This document shows positions 28,014-41,076 of a stretch of DNA of 64,000 nucleotides, one piece after another (the first letter of the stretch is position 1; every line of letters begins with the position of its first letter). Both the position numbers and the translations under genes were made by a program. Source of the stretch: Zancudomyces culisetae HAW-14-8 (taxonomy: Eukaryota; Fungi; Kickxellomycota); assembly GCA_052426225.1 (NCBI GenBank), contig JBNJNM010000015.1:62001-126000 (forward strand), written 5' to 3'. The notes beneath the pieces are model-generated. The model ran no database searches. It worked only from the letters and a program-made list of their open reading frames with translations, and was not told the DNA's origin.

Positions 28014-31000
28014 CTAGGAGAGGCACCAATAACACAGATACACCAACAAGTCCAGAGCCAAAACTATCACTTCCTTTGACAGAAACATTTATGGTGGGTG
28101 AAGAAGAGGTGCTGGGAAGCAGCAGTACTAACAGCGAGCTGATTTCGTATATTTTGGAGAACAAGACAGGTATTGACTGTATGGTGTGGAGCGATATATC
28201 CAGAGGAAACTCAGACCCCAAACAACTGACAGCTCAGGGAGCTCTTCCACCAGAAGTGACGCCTGTGTTTATTAAGGCGGGGCATTCAATAAACTGGCGA
28301 TTCGAGGGATGGAAATACAACGGCCAAGACGAGCAGAGTTATGCAATAAATCAGCGTGGAGGACAAAATATTGCACTGAATATTGGAGAGATTATTGAGA
28401 ACAACCATGTGAGTTCATTGGGAATTCAATTTACCAATGGCTTTTGGGAATGTACCAGGCAGGTGGTTGTGGATCGAGAAGGAGTCCGGACGTATACACT
28501 GAATCCGGATGTTGATGGTGTTGTTCACCGCTTTACGGTTGAAGTGGTTGTTGATCTCAAGTTGTTGGTTAAGCGAGTGATCTTGCGCGGGGCGTTGACT
28601 GTGGAAAACGCAACAGTTTTGCCGGTAGAGTTGGTAATGTGTGACTACAGTGGCGCTGAGAGATCTGAAATTATTAGTTTGGAGCCAAAGGAAACAACCT
28701 CGCTGCCGATTCTGTTGTGTAAACAATATGCGTTTAAGGTGCGTCCAGAACGGTCGTTTGGGTATGGCTGGAGTTCCAAGTATATATTCTGGAAGGATTA
28801 TTTGTCAGGATCACCACAACGCATAGTGACGTGTGAGCCGCGGAATACTGAGTCGGTCAAACACTTTCCGCTATTTAATGTGTTTGTTTCACCAAAATTT
28901 GATGCCTCAAGTAGCCGACAGATATACCAATATCCACTGATGGGGTTGGTTTTGTCGGCACCAATGGAAATTGAAAACCTGTTACCATTTGATATTCAAT
29001 TCCGTGTGTTTGACAAGACCCGAAGTCAAGATTTTAGCAATGTGCTGGCGAGTGGAGAGATGTCACTGGTGCATTCAGTGCAGCCCAAAAACTTGGTGCT
29101 GATGTCGATTCGCGTGCCTGAGGCTGGATTGGATCGGTGTGATGGAGCTGTCATTGACACATTTGATAGTGAAGAGTACCCTATTGACAACGACCTCAAG
29201 TTGTACAATTCCAACAATGGCGCTCGGCTGATTTTGAAGCTGGCTCGGACGTATATTGACGAAACAGATCGTAACTGTGCGCGTATTTCGATATATTCGC
29301 CATATATTCTGATCAACCGAACAAATTTAGGGCTGAAGTTCCGTAGCAAGAGTTTGTTGAAGGGAGTTAGCGATTTTGCGTGTCAACAGAGTACGCTGGA
29401 ACAAACTCAAGTCTTTGGACACAACGAACTCAAACGTGACCGCATATTGGGTGCAGGCGTTAAACATGTTATTGAGAAGGCGGCCCAGACTATTGTGGTT
29501 GAATCTGATGATCTGGACGACGACTATTTTGAGGAAAATGCTGCACCCGAATTCGAAGCCTCAGTATTGGACGATGTGTTGCAATCTTCCACGTTCAAAA
29601 AACGAGTTAAGCCAATTATGTTTAACTATGATGGGTTTGATATCCGTAACCGGATTATGTTGCAGGCAGAAAACTCGGAATGGAGCGATCCTATTTCTAT
29701 AGACACAGTTGGTTATACAGCCGAAATTGTGATTCCGTCATCAACAAAGCCCGCTTTTCTTGCACCGTTAGCAGAGAGTAATATAATAAGTAGGACATCT
29801 ATCAATGCACCATTGGGAAGTAATTTCCATCAAAGTTCTGGGAATACACGAGCGAGCAAAAAAAAACCGTACAAAGTCCATTTGGGTATTAAAGTATTCC
29901 CAGGTGTTGGCAAGTTGGGAAAAACCAAATTTATAGAATTTACACCTCGGTTTATTATCAAAAACCAGTCTGGCATTCCAATTTTGTACAAAGAATCAGG
30001 TGAAACAGAGTATTACAATCTCAAACATTTGCAGAGAAAGGCACTACAGTATCTAAGCTTTGATCGGGGAAATTATGGAGGTGGTGGTGATGATGTAGAA
30101 GGACGAAGGAGTAGTGGGAGAAAAGGGTATGATCGAGGAACTTTGACCTTGGCTATTGATGTAGATTCGGTTGTGGAGATGCTGAATTCGGTGGGGAAAT
30201 CGGTAGAGAAATATGCAACCCAAGTCAAAAAGGACAAAGCTGCTAACAAAAAAGACAATGAAAAAGAAGAAGAAGGAGAAGAAGGAGAAGGAGATATTGA
30301 GGCAAAGACTAGATTTAGAGTGAGGAATGGTGAGTTGGATACAGGCAAGATTTGGTCTGCACCATTTAACATTTCTGAAGTAGGAAAGATATATGTTCGA
30401 TTGCCTAAACCTCAATGTTTGGCTAGCTACGAGGCAAGTTTGCTTGGAAATAACACGGATAGAGCTGATGAAAATGCCAACAACAACAACAGCAACAGCA
30501 ACAGCAACAATAATAATGGTAATGGTAATGGTAATTCCAGTAGTGGAAAAGAGGACTTGCTACATTCTATTCCTATTGAATTGACAACTGTATTACTGAG
30601 TGTCAATATTGTAATGGAGGATGCGTGTTTGTTTATGATTATCAATCGCGAAGTTGGCGAATGGCCATTCCGCGTCGACAATTGTACAGGGTTGGACATT
30701 GAGTTTTGGCAATTCCTGTCACCATCATCACCACTGCCACTCGCACCACCCTCCTCATACCCAAGTTCACCCCCTCGCCTTACTAGCATTGCGTCTGCAT
30801 CATCTGCAGCAGGAGGTGGTGGGACTGCAGCGCGACCAAATAATCGTGGACCTGTACAGCGGGCAAGTATCAATGTTCAGAACAATGTGGTGATTCCGGG
30901 CGCAATGCAACGATACACTGTGCTGGACAACCATAGCATGCCATACGCGTGGGACTATCCAGCGATAAAACCTCAATCGCTAATGATTATGGTTAATGGT

Positions 31001-34000
31001 TATATGCGTAAAGTGTCGCTAATCGAAATTGGAAACCGATCACCACTGTATATTACAATCTCTGATAATAAAAGTTCTAGCGCTAGTATCAACACTCCTA
31101 CTCCTACGCTTTCAAAAAGCAGTGGTAAAGGTGGAAGTGTAAATTTACGTAGTAGAGCAACCTTTTCTGGTCGTCGTAAGCCTACAACTGCCAGCAATAA
31201 TAGCAGTAATAGTGGACAGAGCTATCGGATAGCTGTCTACATTCAAGTTGTAGCTCAGGGAGCTCAACAAGTATTGAGACTGTATACCAAAGAACGGTCT
31301 CTACTACTTGCGCAGCGACTTAGTGCTTCACAACAAGCTAGACAGGAACGCATATCCAAAAGTGCAACGTTAACTGCTGTGGGTCTGAACCGTGCAATTA
31401 GGAGTAATGAAAGCGGTAGTGAAGGTGTGTTTGAGCCTGTTGACACAGTGGCCATGTCAATCTCCACTCCGCCAACCATTGCCGATCGGGCTATGGAAGA
31501 AAGCTCTATGTTTGGCGGTTCTGGGAAATCACGAGACAATGAAGGAAACAATACTGATGACGCCAATGGTAATTCAGCCTCCAGACAAACAGATGATGAT
31601 GAAAGTAATCTGGCGACGTTTATATTTAAGCTGCAGCTGGAAGGCGGAATAGGTGTGTCTCTGATTAGCCGAAATGTGCGTGAGATATGTTATCTGACAC
31701 TGACGGGCATAGATTTCAAGTTTCAAGATAGTCTCAAGTCGAGTGCAATGTATTTGCTAGTTAATTGGATGCAACTGGACAATCAACTATATGGCACACC
31801 TTTCCCAATTGTTTTGTATCCTACAAACTGCAGCAAACGCAATGGCGGCATATCGCAAGGCAGCGGTGGGATTCTGAGTAATGATGGCGAGAGTTCTCGC
31901 GATCCTTCTTCGTTGCCAGTGTTTCAAGGATCTATAGTTTATTCCAAAGAGGATTATTCAACCAGATATATTACCAGCTTTGGTGGTAATTCAGCAAGTT
32001 CAGCTACATCACATCCATACTCATCTTCAACAACCACGACAACAGCTTTATCCTCTTCCTCATCTTCACAGACTTTGTCAAAAGCACAAACAAGTAGTTC
32101 GGGGGCTAATAAACTGTTCCAGCACATTAAATATGCTTCTGTGCTATTGCAGGAATTAAGTATTGAGTTTGATGAGGATTTCCTAATGGCTATTCTTGAT
32201 TTTACAAACTTTGAGCTTTTTTCACATTCATCTGAACCCTCTTCTTCTCATGGAAAGAATGGAGGAAATGCAGCAAATGTTATATCCACAAATACGACTA
32301 CAGCTGCATCTATATCTACATCAACATCTAAAACTGCCGCCAATGCTCCATCAAGTAGCTCAAATGCAAACAGTAGAACTCCGAGAATTGGTATAAATTC
32401 AACTTCAGCCAATGGTATGGCGGACGCTTTGTTACTAGAACAAGCCAACCAAGTGGTACAAATAAACAACATCTTTGATTCTCGTGCGTATGGATTCATG
32501 GAAGTATACATGACCAAAGCTAGTACCATCAGTGATTCGCGCGATGTGTACACATACATGTCCTCCAAATTATATTCAGATGTATCAGGTTCGCTGAAAG
32601 ATTCTACAAAGAACTTTGATGATTCGGTGAGTCTGTACTTTGAGCTTTTGCTGCTACAACCCGTCAAAGTGAATGTATCGTTTTTGCGTGCTCAACAACT
32701 GGCTGGGAATGATGAAGGAGGCAAAAACGGTTCTGGAAGTAGTGGGGGTGGTGGAGGCGATGGTGCATTTAACAACCCAGCACTTGGTAGTAATAAGCAG
32801 ACTTCCGGTACATATAGCAGTTCTTCAGCAGGCCATAGTGTGATTGAGTATGCTGTTAATGTAATGAGTATGGCTGTTGGAAATGTCAATGATGTTCCTA
32901 TCTACCTAAACGCGTTGGTGTTGGAAAACGTGCGAGCTTCGTATGCCGATTTGTACGACCGACTGCACTTGTTCTATTCACAGGAAGTCGTCAGCCAGCT
33001 GCTACGAGTTGTTGGATCAGTCGATCTGTTGGGAAATCCTGTTGGTCTGTTCAGCAGTATCAGCAGCGGAGTCACCGACTTTTTCTATGAACCATATCTG
33101 GGTCTCACAATGAGTGACCGTCCACAAGATTTGGGATACCGTATTGCTCGTGGTACAGCGTCGTTCTTCAAAAAGACTGTTTATGGCTTGTCGGACAGTA
33201 TGGCCAAGTTTACCGATTCGGTCGGTAAGGGTTTGTCTGCCGCAACACTTGACCCCGAGTACCAAAAAAATCGTCGTCTAGACCGTGTGCGCAACCGGCC
33301 ACGCCATGCCATTCTGGGTGTATCACATGGTGCCGAGTCATTTGCCAAGTCGCTGACGAGTGGTATTACCGGCGTAGTTATGCAGCCCATCGAGGGTGCC
33401 GAGAAGGAAGGCTTTGGTGGGTTCATTAAAGGTATTGGTGTTGGGCTTGTTGGTGCTGTGACCAAGCCCCTCGTTGGCTTCCTTGATATGGCGTCCAACG
33501 TGTCGGAAGGAATCCGCAACACCACTACTGTGTTTGAAAATGCTGAACTTGATAAGCAGCGGCTGCCGCGCTACATCAACAAATACCGCGTTATTGAGCC
33601 GTACTCGACTCGTAAAGCGTTGGGTATGGCTTGGATGAAGGAGCTGGACAAAGGTCGCTTGGCTGACGACACGTACCTAGCGCACTTGGAGCTTGCTGGC
33701 AGTGACTTGGTTGTTCTGTTAACATACTCGCGGCTGCTGATGTTCAAACGCAACAAGTCCAACAAGACTCTGATAGCTGGTGCCAGTTCAGGCCGCGGGT
33801 TTGCCATGACGTCGACTGGCTCTGGGCACGGAGCTGGGCCTACCGCTGGACTTGCTTCTGGCAGCAGGGGTGTGCGTGGAAGTCTTATGCGAACAGCCGC
33901 CGATAGTTTTGCTACTGCAACACATTATAGCGGCTCGTCTTCCTCAGTTGGCCGGAGTGTGATTTCTAACCCGGTTGCTGAAAGCAGCCTCTCCAACTCG

Positions 34001-34462
34001 ACTATCGAGTGGGAACTTGCGCTCAAGAGTTTGCAAGCCATTATGTTGATGCCTGGTGGAATCAGCTGTATACTTCCTTCGTCCTCTTCGTCCGCTTCTG
34101 TCACTGATTCACCATCACATCACCACCGCAGAGATTCGCCCAACTTTTCAGTTCCCGCAATGAATGCCAATGCTGGTTCGCCTTACCTCTCGCGCAACCA
34201 TTCTACTACCAATTCTCCAACCCACTCGCCATCATCTCCTCCCCCTCCTCCATTACCCGCACGTAGCCGCACATCTCACTCATCTGTACCCAGCACGCCA
34301 ACCATTACAGTACCACCTTCAACTATTACCCATGTTCGTCCGAACGCTGCTGGTGGATCTGGCTCAGGTACTAATGGTCCGTTTATTCCTATTGCAGATA
34401 CCCTAACCAGACGCTGGTTCTATTCCAGGATCAAAGAGGCAGTGGATTCACTGTATGACTGA
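20735..34462 (+). CDS. VPS13: Vacuolar protein sorting 13 bridge-like lipid transfer protein, 4575 aa, apparently intronless
   Basis: Chorein-N start MLEGVVATILNRILGDYIDNL..QLNIGIWQGNVKLKNL; WEPLIEPW; VAB/SHR-BD repeats (ISIYSPYILINRT, FTPRFIIKN); QLDNQL; GSVDLLGNPVGLF; ATG2_C-like GF.KG.G.GLVG..TKP; RLPRYI followed by a PH-like end. Confidence 0.98.
26686..26768 (+). repeat. CAA/CAG polyglutamine tract in VPS13
   Basis: Encodes QQQQLQLILQQQQQQQQQQQQQQQQLQQ. Confidence 0.9.
27971..28015 (+). repeat. Perfect (ACA)n poly-Thr microsatellite in VPS13
   Basis: About 14 uninterrupted ACA codons. Confidence 0.95.
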
Positions 34463-34688
34463 TTGATTCATTGATGGATTGGTCCTTGTTTTGTTTTGTT
34501 TTGTTTTGTCTTGTTTTTTTTTGTCTTGTTTTTTTTTTTCTTTTTTAATATCTATTTACCATTAACTACTTTTTTTATTTTATACATAAAATCTACTAAA
34601 GTATTACAAACCCTCAAGAAAAACAAGTAATATAACAAAATATATATATATATATCAGGGGAAGGCGAGGAATAGTGCTTGGATTAAT

Positions 34689-35402
34689 TCACAAATATCT
34701 GACCCGGTTGACTGCCAGCAAGTACTCTTGCTGTGCATTCTGGCCATGTGTCGACAACTTGCGTTGCCCACCATCACCCTGACCGTTGTCAATGCTGCCT
34801 ACACTACCCCGACGGCCGTCACTATTCTCTGCATCCATTAGCGGGTCTGGATTAGGAGCATGATATCCCAATGGACCATATTCGCAGTCTGCACAGATGA
34901 TGAACCTCAAATTGTCAATCAGGCGCTGTTGGTCCTCGTCAGTTTGATTTTCCTTTTTATTTTCGCTTTCCGTGGCTTTTTCGTCATTTTTTTCCTCGTT
35001 CTTCACAATATCCTTATTATAAAACGCCTTGGACATTCCAATATTTTCAAAATCAAACACATTCCCAATCAACCAGTAAAACCCTGCCGATATCGGAGCC
35101 ACACCTTTTTTCACACCACTTGCCTTGGCATACTGCGAAATCAGGCCCAGCAATTCGTGTGGCACAATACTATCCCCATGTGCTTCTTTGCCACCGTTTT
35201 TGGTCTCATTACATGATGGTTCGTCCAACCGGCTAATGTGTTGCCAAAACCGTTCAACGGTATTCGCGGTCGCGTCGCGGAAAACTAGTTGGATCCCATG
35301 CAGATTGGCAAGTATCGTGGATTCGCATTTGGGACACTTGAGGACGTATGGTTTTAACCGGATCTTTTGCTCCTCACTCGAGCCTGTGTTTTTGGACGCC
35401 AT
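34689..35402 (-). CDS. MSS4: Mss4/RABIF (Dss4) Rab guanine-nucleotide chaperone
   Basis: CPKCESTIL, FYWLIGNVFDFENIGMSK, IICADCEYGPLGYH and LLAVNRVRY form the Zn-binding Mss4 signature. This is the RABIF-type MSS4, not the yeast PIP kinase of the same name. Confidence 0.92.
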   Translation of the reverse strand: MASKNTGSSEEQKIRLKPYVLKCPKCESTILANLHGIQLVFRDATANTVERFWQHISRLDEPSCNETKNGGKEAHGDSIVPHELLGLISQYAKASGVKKGVAPISAGFYWLIGNVFDFENIGMSKAFYNKDIVKNEEKNDEKATESENKKENQTDEDQQRLIDNLRFIICADCEYGPLGYHAPNPDPLMDAENSDGRRGSVGSIDNGQGDGGQRKLSTHGQNAQQEYLLAVNRVRYL

Positions 35403-36176
35403 TTTTCAATACTCAAAGTTCTTTTCTTTTTCCTTTTTCCTTTTTCCTTTTTGGTGTATTTCCGTTTAATCTTTGTATTTTCAAACTAAATTATTATTTT
35501 TTGTGTTTGAATACACTCAATTATCGGAAATTAATTCAATCTCCTATAATGTTGCTTGTTTTTTTTTGCTTCTTATTGTATATGTGTTTGTACTAAATTT
35601 CGGCAAATTGCTACAATTTGATGAAATATTTCACGACTCTCCCACACCACACCATACTAACACAACTTGCCAAATAAATAAATAAATAAATAAACGATTT
35701 GCCCTCGTTGCCAATTCGCTAATTTCCCTTTACCACTTTCTTGTTTGTCCCGCCTGTTTGTCTTGTCAGATACTTAAACGTACTTTTACTTATCCCTTCT
35801 CTCCTTTCTTGCTATCTACCTATGTTCACACTCTTACTTTTGCTCTCATTTTTACCATTTATCTTCTCTTGATCTTATTTTCAACACCCCTTCCCTCTTT
35901 CATCTTTTTTGGTTCAACAAAAGCTCAAACTTTCTATGCATCATCCACGTGAACCTGAATCCAATGCCAATCAAATCAGCAAAGAATTTTTTTATGTATA
36001 TGCTGTTAATGAACCCTGGCTATTTGCTGCCCGTATTTTTAATCCATCTAACCATTATTATATTTTTTTCAGTTTGGGTTTTTAAGGTTAAAAAGCCAAA
36101 ATATAAATTACTAGACTCAACACATACCAATTCCCTTCTTCTTTTTCTATTGTAATACACACCTAACGCTATAGTA

Positions 36177-36202
36177 AAAAGAAAAGAAAAGAAAAGAAAA
36201 GA
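36177..36202 (+). repeat. (GAAAA)n repeat immediately before the USB1 ATG
   Basis: aaaagaaaagaaaagaaaagaaaaga followed by ATG. Confidence 0.85.
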
Positions 36203-37652
36203 ATGATAAAGCTAGTGGAATATAGCGATTCTAGTCAAGATTCGGATTCTGAATTATCTGACTCGCATTCTCCTCAAGGTAAGGCTGATCTCTCATAATG
36301 CATCAAAAATTTATCATGTCTGGTATTTTCTAAAAAGTTTTCAAAATTTCATCTTGCACTACTTTTTAAATAAATACTTTAATTTAATATAAATCCTATT
36401 TATCTCAGATATTACCACCAAGGATAAGCCACAAAATACCAAAAACCCTTTCGGAACCTGGTTGCTACATGTATTTATTAAAGGTAGAAATACTTTCTAT
36501 TGTCATATTTTTATGTATTAAAAAAAAACTCAAATGTACAGCATCATAATTTAAACCCTTTATCCCTTGTCTTAATTTACTTGCTTCATTATTATTAGTT
36601 CAGCCAACTCCCAAGTTTGTAGAAATTGCAGAATCAATTTGCAGAGAAACTACGAATTTTTATTCAAATCTTGAGACACCCATTTCGCTAAATAAAATCT
36701 ATCACAAAAATTCTGATATAAGTACTGCAGACACAGGTACCTTTTTTTCTTGTAGTATTTTTAACAAAACTTTTAAATATCTTGTAAAAGTATAGCTGTA
36801 TTTGGCACCACATATTATCGGATAAAATTCAAAAATATAGTATATATATTTGAACTTGTTTATAGAAACCGATATCCACTCTAGCCCTCACTTTTTCGGA
36901 GGTATTGATGACCGTTTTGATGCTCAGGAACTACACGTGAGTTTGTCAAAACCCGTGTACATAAAATCGCATTATATTGACAACTTTCTTTCATGTCTGG
37001 AAAAACGGATTAAACTAATACCATCTTTTGAGTTTTGGCTTGGAAATCTGATCGGTTTGTCTAATGACGATGGAACTAGGTCATTCTTAGCCGCGTGTGT
37101 ATTGGGTAACTCTGAAAAGGTATTTTGTCGTACTTTTCTCATTTTTTCACTATTTCCACTATTAAATACAATCCATAATGCCTTGTTGATAAACTTCATC
37201 ATTTTTAACTTTTGTTCTGGGACGCTGACCGGCTTGTACATAGATGCTTAAGCTTTTGAGTGTTGTAAACCAAACAATGCTCGATTTTTCGATTCCCGAG
37301 TTCTATGAGGTAATACAAAATCCACTTGTGTCGTGGTACACGCCAACATCCTATAAACGAGTATTTTATGTCTGAGTAATACCAATTGCCCGCTTTAATA
37401 CGATCATGGTTATTACTCAAGAGTGCGTTCTTTGTGATTAATTGCGGTAACGAAAATGAATAATATTAATAGTGTCCCAAACTTCATACCAGCTTTGCTA
37501 GTTGTGAAGGAACGTATTTATCGGACCATCGACTACTCACCCATCTCAAAAGCACATTCAAGATACTCAACTCGCCTATTCAACTTTGTAATATAGACAG
37601 TGTAAAGATCAAAATCGGAAATAGAGATTTCGAAATAGAACTAGACTATTAA
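36203..37652 (+). CDS. USB1: U6 snRNA 3'-5' phosphodiesterase Usb1, 6 exons (36203-36278, 36409-36483, 36599-36736, 36866-37119, 37244-37309, 37473-37652)
   Basis: MIKLVEYSDS start, GTWLLHVFI, two 2H catalytic motifs (ELHVSLSKP and PKLHTSFAS), NDDGTRSFLA and C-terminal VKIKIGN..FEIEL. All introns GT-AG and in phase. Confidence 0.92.
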
Positions 37653-37987
37653 CTCACCACCTTGATCATTTTTCTTGATTGGCTGTTATAAATTTGCTCA
37701 ATCATTTATTGAAGTGAATAGTATATTGTATGTCAATTCTAAGGTTACTAGTTATAAAGGGATTAAAAAGGACCGAGCTAATTGGAATTTAAAAATGATA
37801 GACCATGAGACAGTTAAATAATGAATAGCGCTCTGAAATTGGAAATGATACAGATAAGCGTTTCCTGATGTTAGAGTAGACCCCCCCACACACACACTTT
37901 TGATACATTGCTTGTCAATCTTTTTGCTCGGAGACAACGCAATTAAATCAAGGAGAAAGAAGTTATATAATTCAGACTCTAGCATAT

Positions 37988-39361
37988 CTAGAATTGCAGA
38001 AATAATGATAACAAAGTGCCAACCCCACCATTAAATATGCCTGGGATTTTACTTGAGTACGAAGAATTTGAGGCCTTTTCCTTAAAGTTTGTATTTTTCC
38101 CATTAGGACCATTTGCGAGTCTTTGTGAGCTCCCATCATTCGAAGTTTTGCTACTAGTAATCAGCGGAACCTTATTTATAGCTGCGACAGCGTTCATAAG
38201 ATCTCCAGAATCATAGTAGTCTACAGCAATAAAATTGGGGAAGAGATCCTTTGAACTTTCCGCCTTACTACAAGCCTTAATATGAGAAGCCAGGCTTTCG
38301 AATGTGTTGGCACGCTTCGATCCTTCTTCTGAGGGGGCTTCGAATTTTTCTCCAGCGACCGTAATATCTTTGAACACAAAATGATTTATGGTAAATAGAG
38401 TTCGTATATTGGTGATCTCGCCGTTCTGGTTATATTTTATGGGCGAAGGTTTGAGATCGCATTGGAATTGGCTTTCCTCTCTGACCGAGAACGATGTCTC
38501 TGAAACGTAATCACCTTGCAGCATCAACCAAGGAACCTCTTGTGGGTTGGCGTTCTGGGATGTGAAAACAACTAGCCGATTATTGTCTGTTATCATTTGC
38601 GCGAGCGATGGCCAAACTATTGGTTCGGTGATTGGCACATCTGTTGGCGGTGTAAAATAGTTGAGAGGATTAAACACATACTTATCGATACCTGTGTTTT
38701 TGAATGCCGATTCGACGTCCTTTGAGTCAAATTTATCATAGTTCTCAAACAATATTGTGATGATTTCGTATGGGTTCGATTCCATAAATGATTTGATGGT
38801 AAGTAGGGTATCTTTTAGCTTTCCTTGATTTAGCAGCATGCAAGATGTGTGACAGAGCTCGATTTCTTGAACATCCTTATCACCACCGCTGTCACTGTTA
38901 GTACTACTATCACCATCTCGTTTTGTAAGCTCATTTTTCGGATAGTATCTTTGTGGTGATACCCTGTTATCTCTTGTACCACTTCGTTTTACGATTTTGC
39001 CTATTTGCTTGCCTAAAAAGTTTTTTATATCATCCAATTTTCCTCCAATATCTGGAGCAGAAATTTTTGAAGAGCCGTTAATGATCATCGGTCTGTGTAA
39101 ATCCAACATAAATGCTCTGATTCCATCGTCGAGTTGCTCTGGTATGGTTTTTCGCTGGTTCGATGCCACGTTGTTCTTGATATATGCAAAGGAGTTGTGT
39201 GTGCATGCATATGCCACATTGTTGTATTTCTGTTGGCATAGTTTTACATGGCCATTGCATGCAATCTCTTCGCTTTCAAGTGGATCAGACGCTGCTACCA
39301 AGCATAGCAGCACCAGCTTGAGTATTGACCCTGATAGACATTTTGTATACTGTATCCTCAT
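37988..39361 (-). CDS. Secreted PLC-like phosphodiesterase (PI-PLC X-domain-like), possibly GPI-anchored
   Basis: Signal peptide; CNGHVKLC...THNSFA; NQ...I.EQLDDGIRAFMLDLH; LCHTSC.LL; NPYEIITILFEN; RLVVF; NHF; PNFIAVDYY; Ser-rich stalk with a short hydrophobic tail. Confidence 0.9.
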   Translation of the reverse strand: MRIQYTKCLSGSILKLVLLCLVAASDPLESEEIACNGHVKLCQQKYNNVAYACTHNSFAYIKNNVASNQRKTIPEQLDDGIRAFMLDLHRPMIINGSSKISAPDIGGKLDDIKNFLGKQIGKIVKRSGTRDNRVSPQRYYPKNELTKRDGDSSTNSDSGGDKDVQEIELCHTSCMLLNQGKLKDTLLTIKSFMESNPYEIITILFENYDKFDSKDVESAFKNTGIDKYVFNPLNYFTPPTDVPITEPIVWPSLAQMITDNNRLVVFTSQNANPQEVPWLMLQGDYVSETSFSVREESQFQCDLKPSPIKYNQNGEITNIRTLFTINHFVFKDITVAGEKFEAPSEEGSKRANTFESLASHIKACSKAESSKDLFPNFIAVDYYDSGDLMNAVAAINKVPLITSSKTSNDGSSQRLANGPNGKNTNFKEKASNSSYSSKIPGIFNGGVGTLLSLFLQF

Positions 39362-41076
39362 CTATAACGATTTATTCTCTATTTGTTCTTTATTACAACC
39401 TTATTATGATTTTGAAGTCGCTTATTTGAAATTATGGCTTATAAATTATATTTGGCTGTATATTTACATGCCATACAAAAAATATTAAAATAAATATTGG
39501 TAACTCATTAACTGGGAAAGGACTGAAACAAAAAGAAAAAATGACTAAAAATTAAACAAAGTATTCTAAAAACATTAACCAGGAAATGAGTGAGAAAAAA
39601 AAAAAGCCTCACAACTAAGAGAAACCAAGAGATATATGGGTATATTTGAATGATTACTATCAACTAAAAGAAACACACATGTAGTTTTAAGGCTTATGAA
39701 CTACCATTATTACTTTTATTTTTAGGTACAAACAATTGGCTGCAAATCAAAGAATATCACCAAAATGGCACTACAGATTTATATGGTAAAAAAAACATTA
39801 GTGATATATCGGAGATTACTCCGAATATAACCACAACCCATTGATTCTGCCTACAGAAAGTGCATTTTTTCCATTATAGACTCTTGAAAAATAAGAAGGA
39901 AAAAAGAAAACTAGCTGGCTGCGAATTGCGAAGCCTAGTTGTAAAAAGTAAATAGTGATGGTTAATAGCAAGTTGCAAAAGATAAAAATAAACAAAAAAA
40001 TGTATAGGCCAATGTTATAAAACCTTCCAACTTGTTGCTTTAGTGTGTTGAACAGGAAATGTAGGTATTATTACATAGGAAGTGGATAAAGTATTCTTGA
40101 TTTTTGAAACAATGTTTAATAATGTACATTTTTTAAACATTGTTTCTTGCCTGCTACCTCTCACATCCCTTCCTTTTAATTTATTTTTTCAAAATGTTTG
40201 TTTCTACGCAGTCTCGTATTAATATTTGATTGTTATTGACTACAATAAATATGATGGATTTACCTTTTATAGAATAATGGTGTTCTAGACAAAAAAAAAT
40301 AAGACTAAAAGTGGCAAGGTGACAGATAAAAAGTTATAATTCGTAAAACAAATATCTCAAAGAATAAAATACCTTGCTCTCAATTTCACTCTAACCCCTC
40401 ATCATTCAATGTCTGGTGTCAAATATATTTGCTCCATATGGTCGATGCTTGTAATGCTATTTTTAGCTGCACCCTGATATTTCTATCCAACACTTTGACG
40501 CATTGTTTTATTATGACATATTATTTTCAGAACTTGGAGTGCTTAGTGTTAACCAATTGATGCAGCGCATAGTAAGGAACAAAATCAACTGTTGAAATTT
40601 AAACAACTAAAAAAAAAAAAAATGCTAAATCTATTCTTGTCGAAAATCGCCTACTCTTCCACATTTCTCTTTTCTGTCCTTATATCTGGACTTAGCGCTT
40701 AAATGTGTAGACCAATTAGGGTTTGCTCCCTAAACTTGATTGAGTTAGGTAAATATGGAAAAAAAAGTACGCAGAATGAATGATGATGTCAGGTCTCAAA
40801 AAAAATAAATAATTGCTGGTAAAAGGGCTATTACAGATTATGGCAATGTTCCCTTATTTCTTGTTTTTATTCTTGCAAGGCTTTTTTCTTTGATGTGCCA
40901 TTTTTGTTTTCGCTGGTTGAATTATTGGATCCATAATGATAGATATTTGGTGAATCAAAATTTCAATAAAATTTAAACAAATGCCAAGATAAGTAAAAGT
41001 ATTCTATAAGCTAAAAAAAACTAAGATCAAGACCAATCCAAAAATTGAGAGAACAGGAGAAAAGAGAGAAGAGATG

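Noticed and set aside
21145-33807. Many antisense and alternate-frame ORFs over VPS13, and similar ones over AspRS, BDF1 and hexokinase
   Set aside because: These are shadow ORFs produced by biased codon usage and simple repeats, with no recognisable motifs.
38768-38786. GGGTTCGATTCC tRNA T-loop-like string
   Set aside because: It lies antisense within the PLC-like CDS and has no cloverleaf around it.
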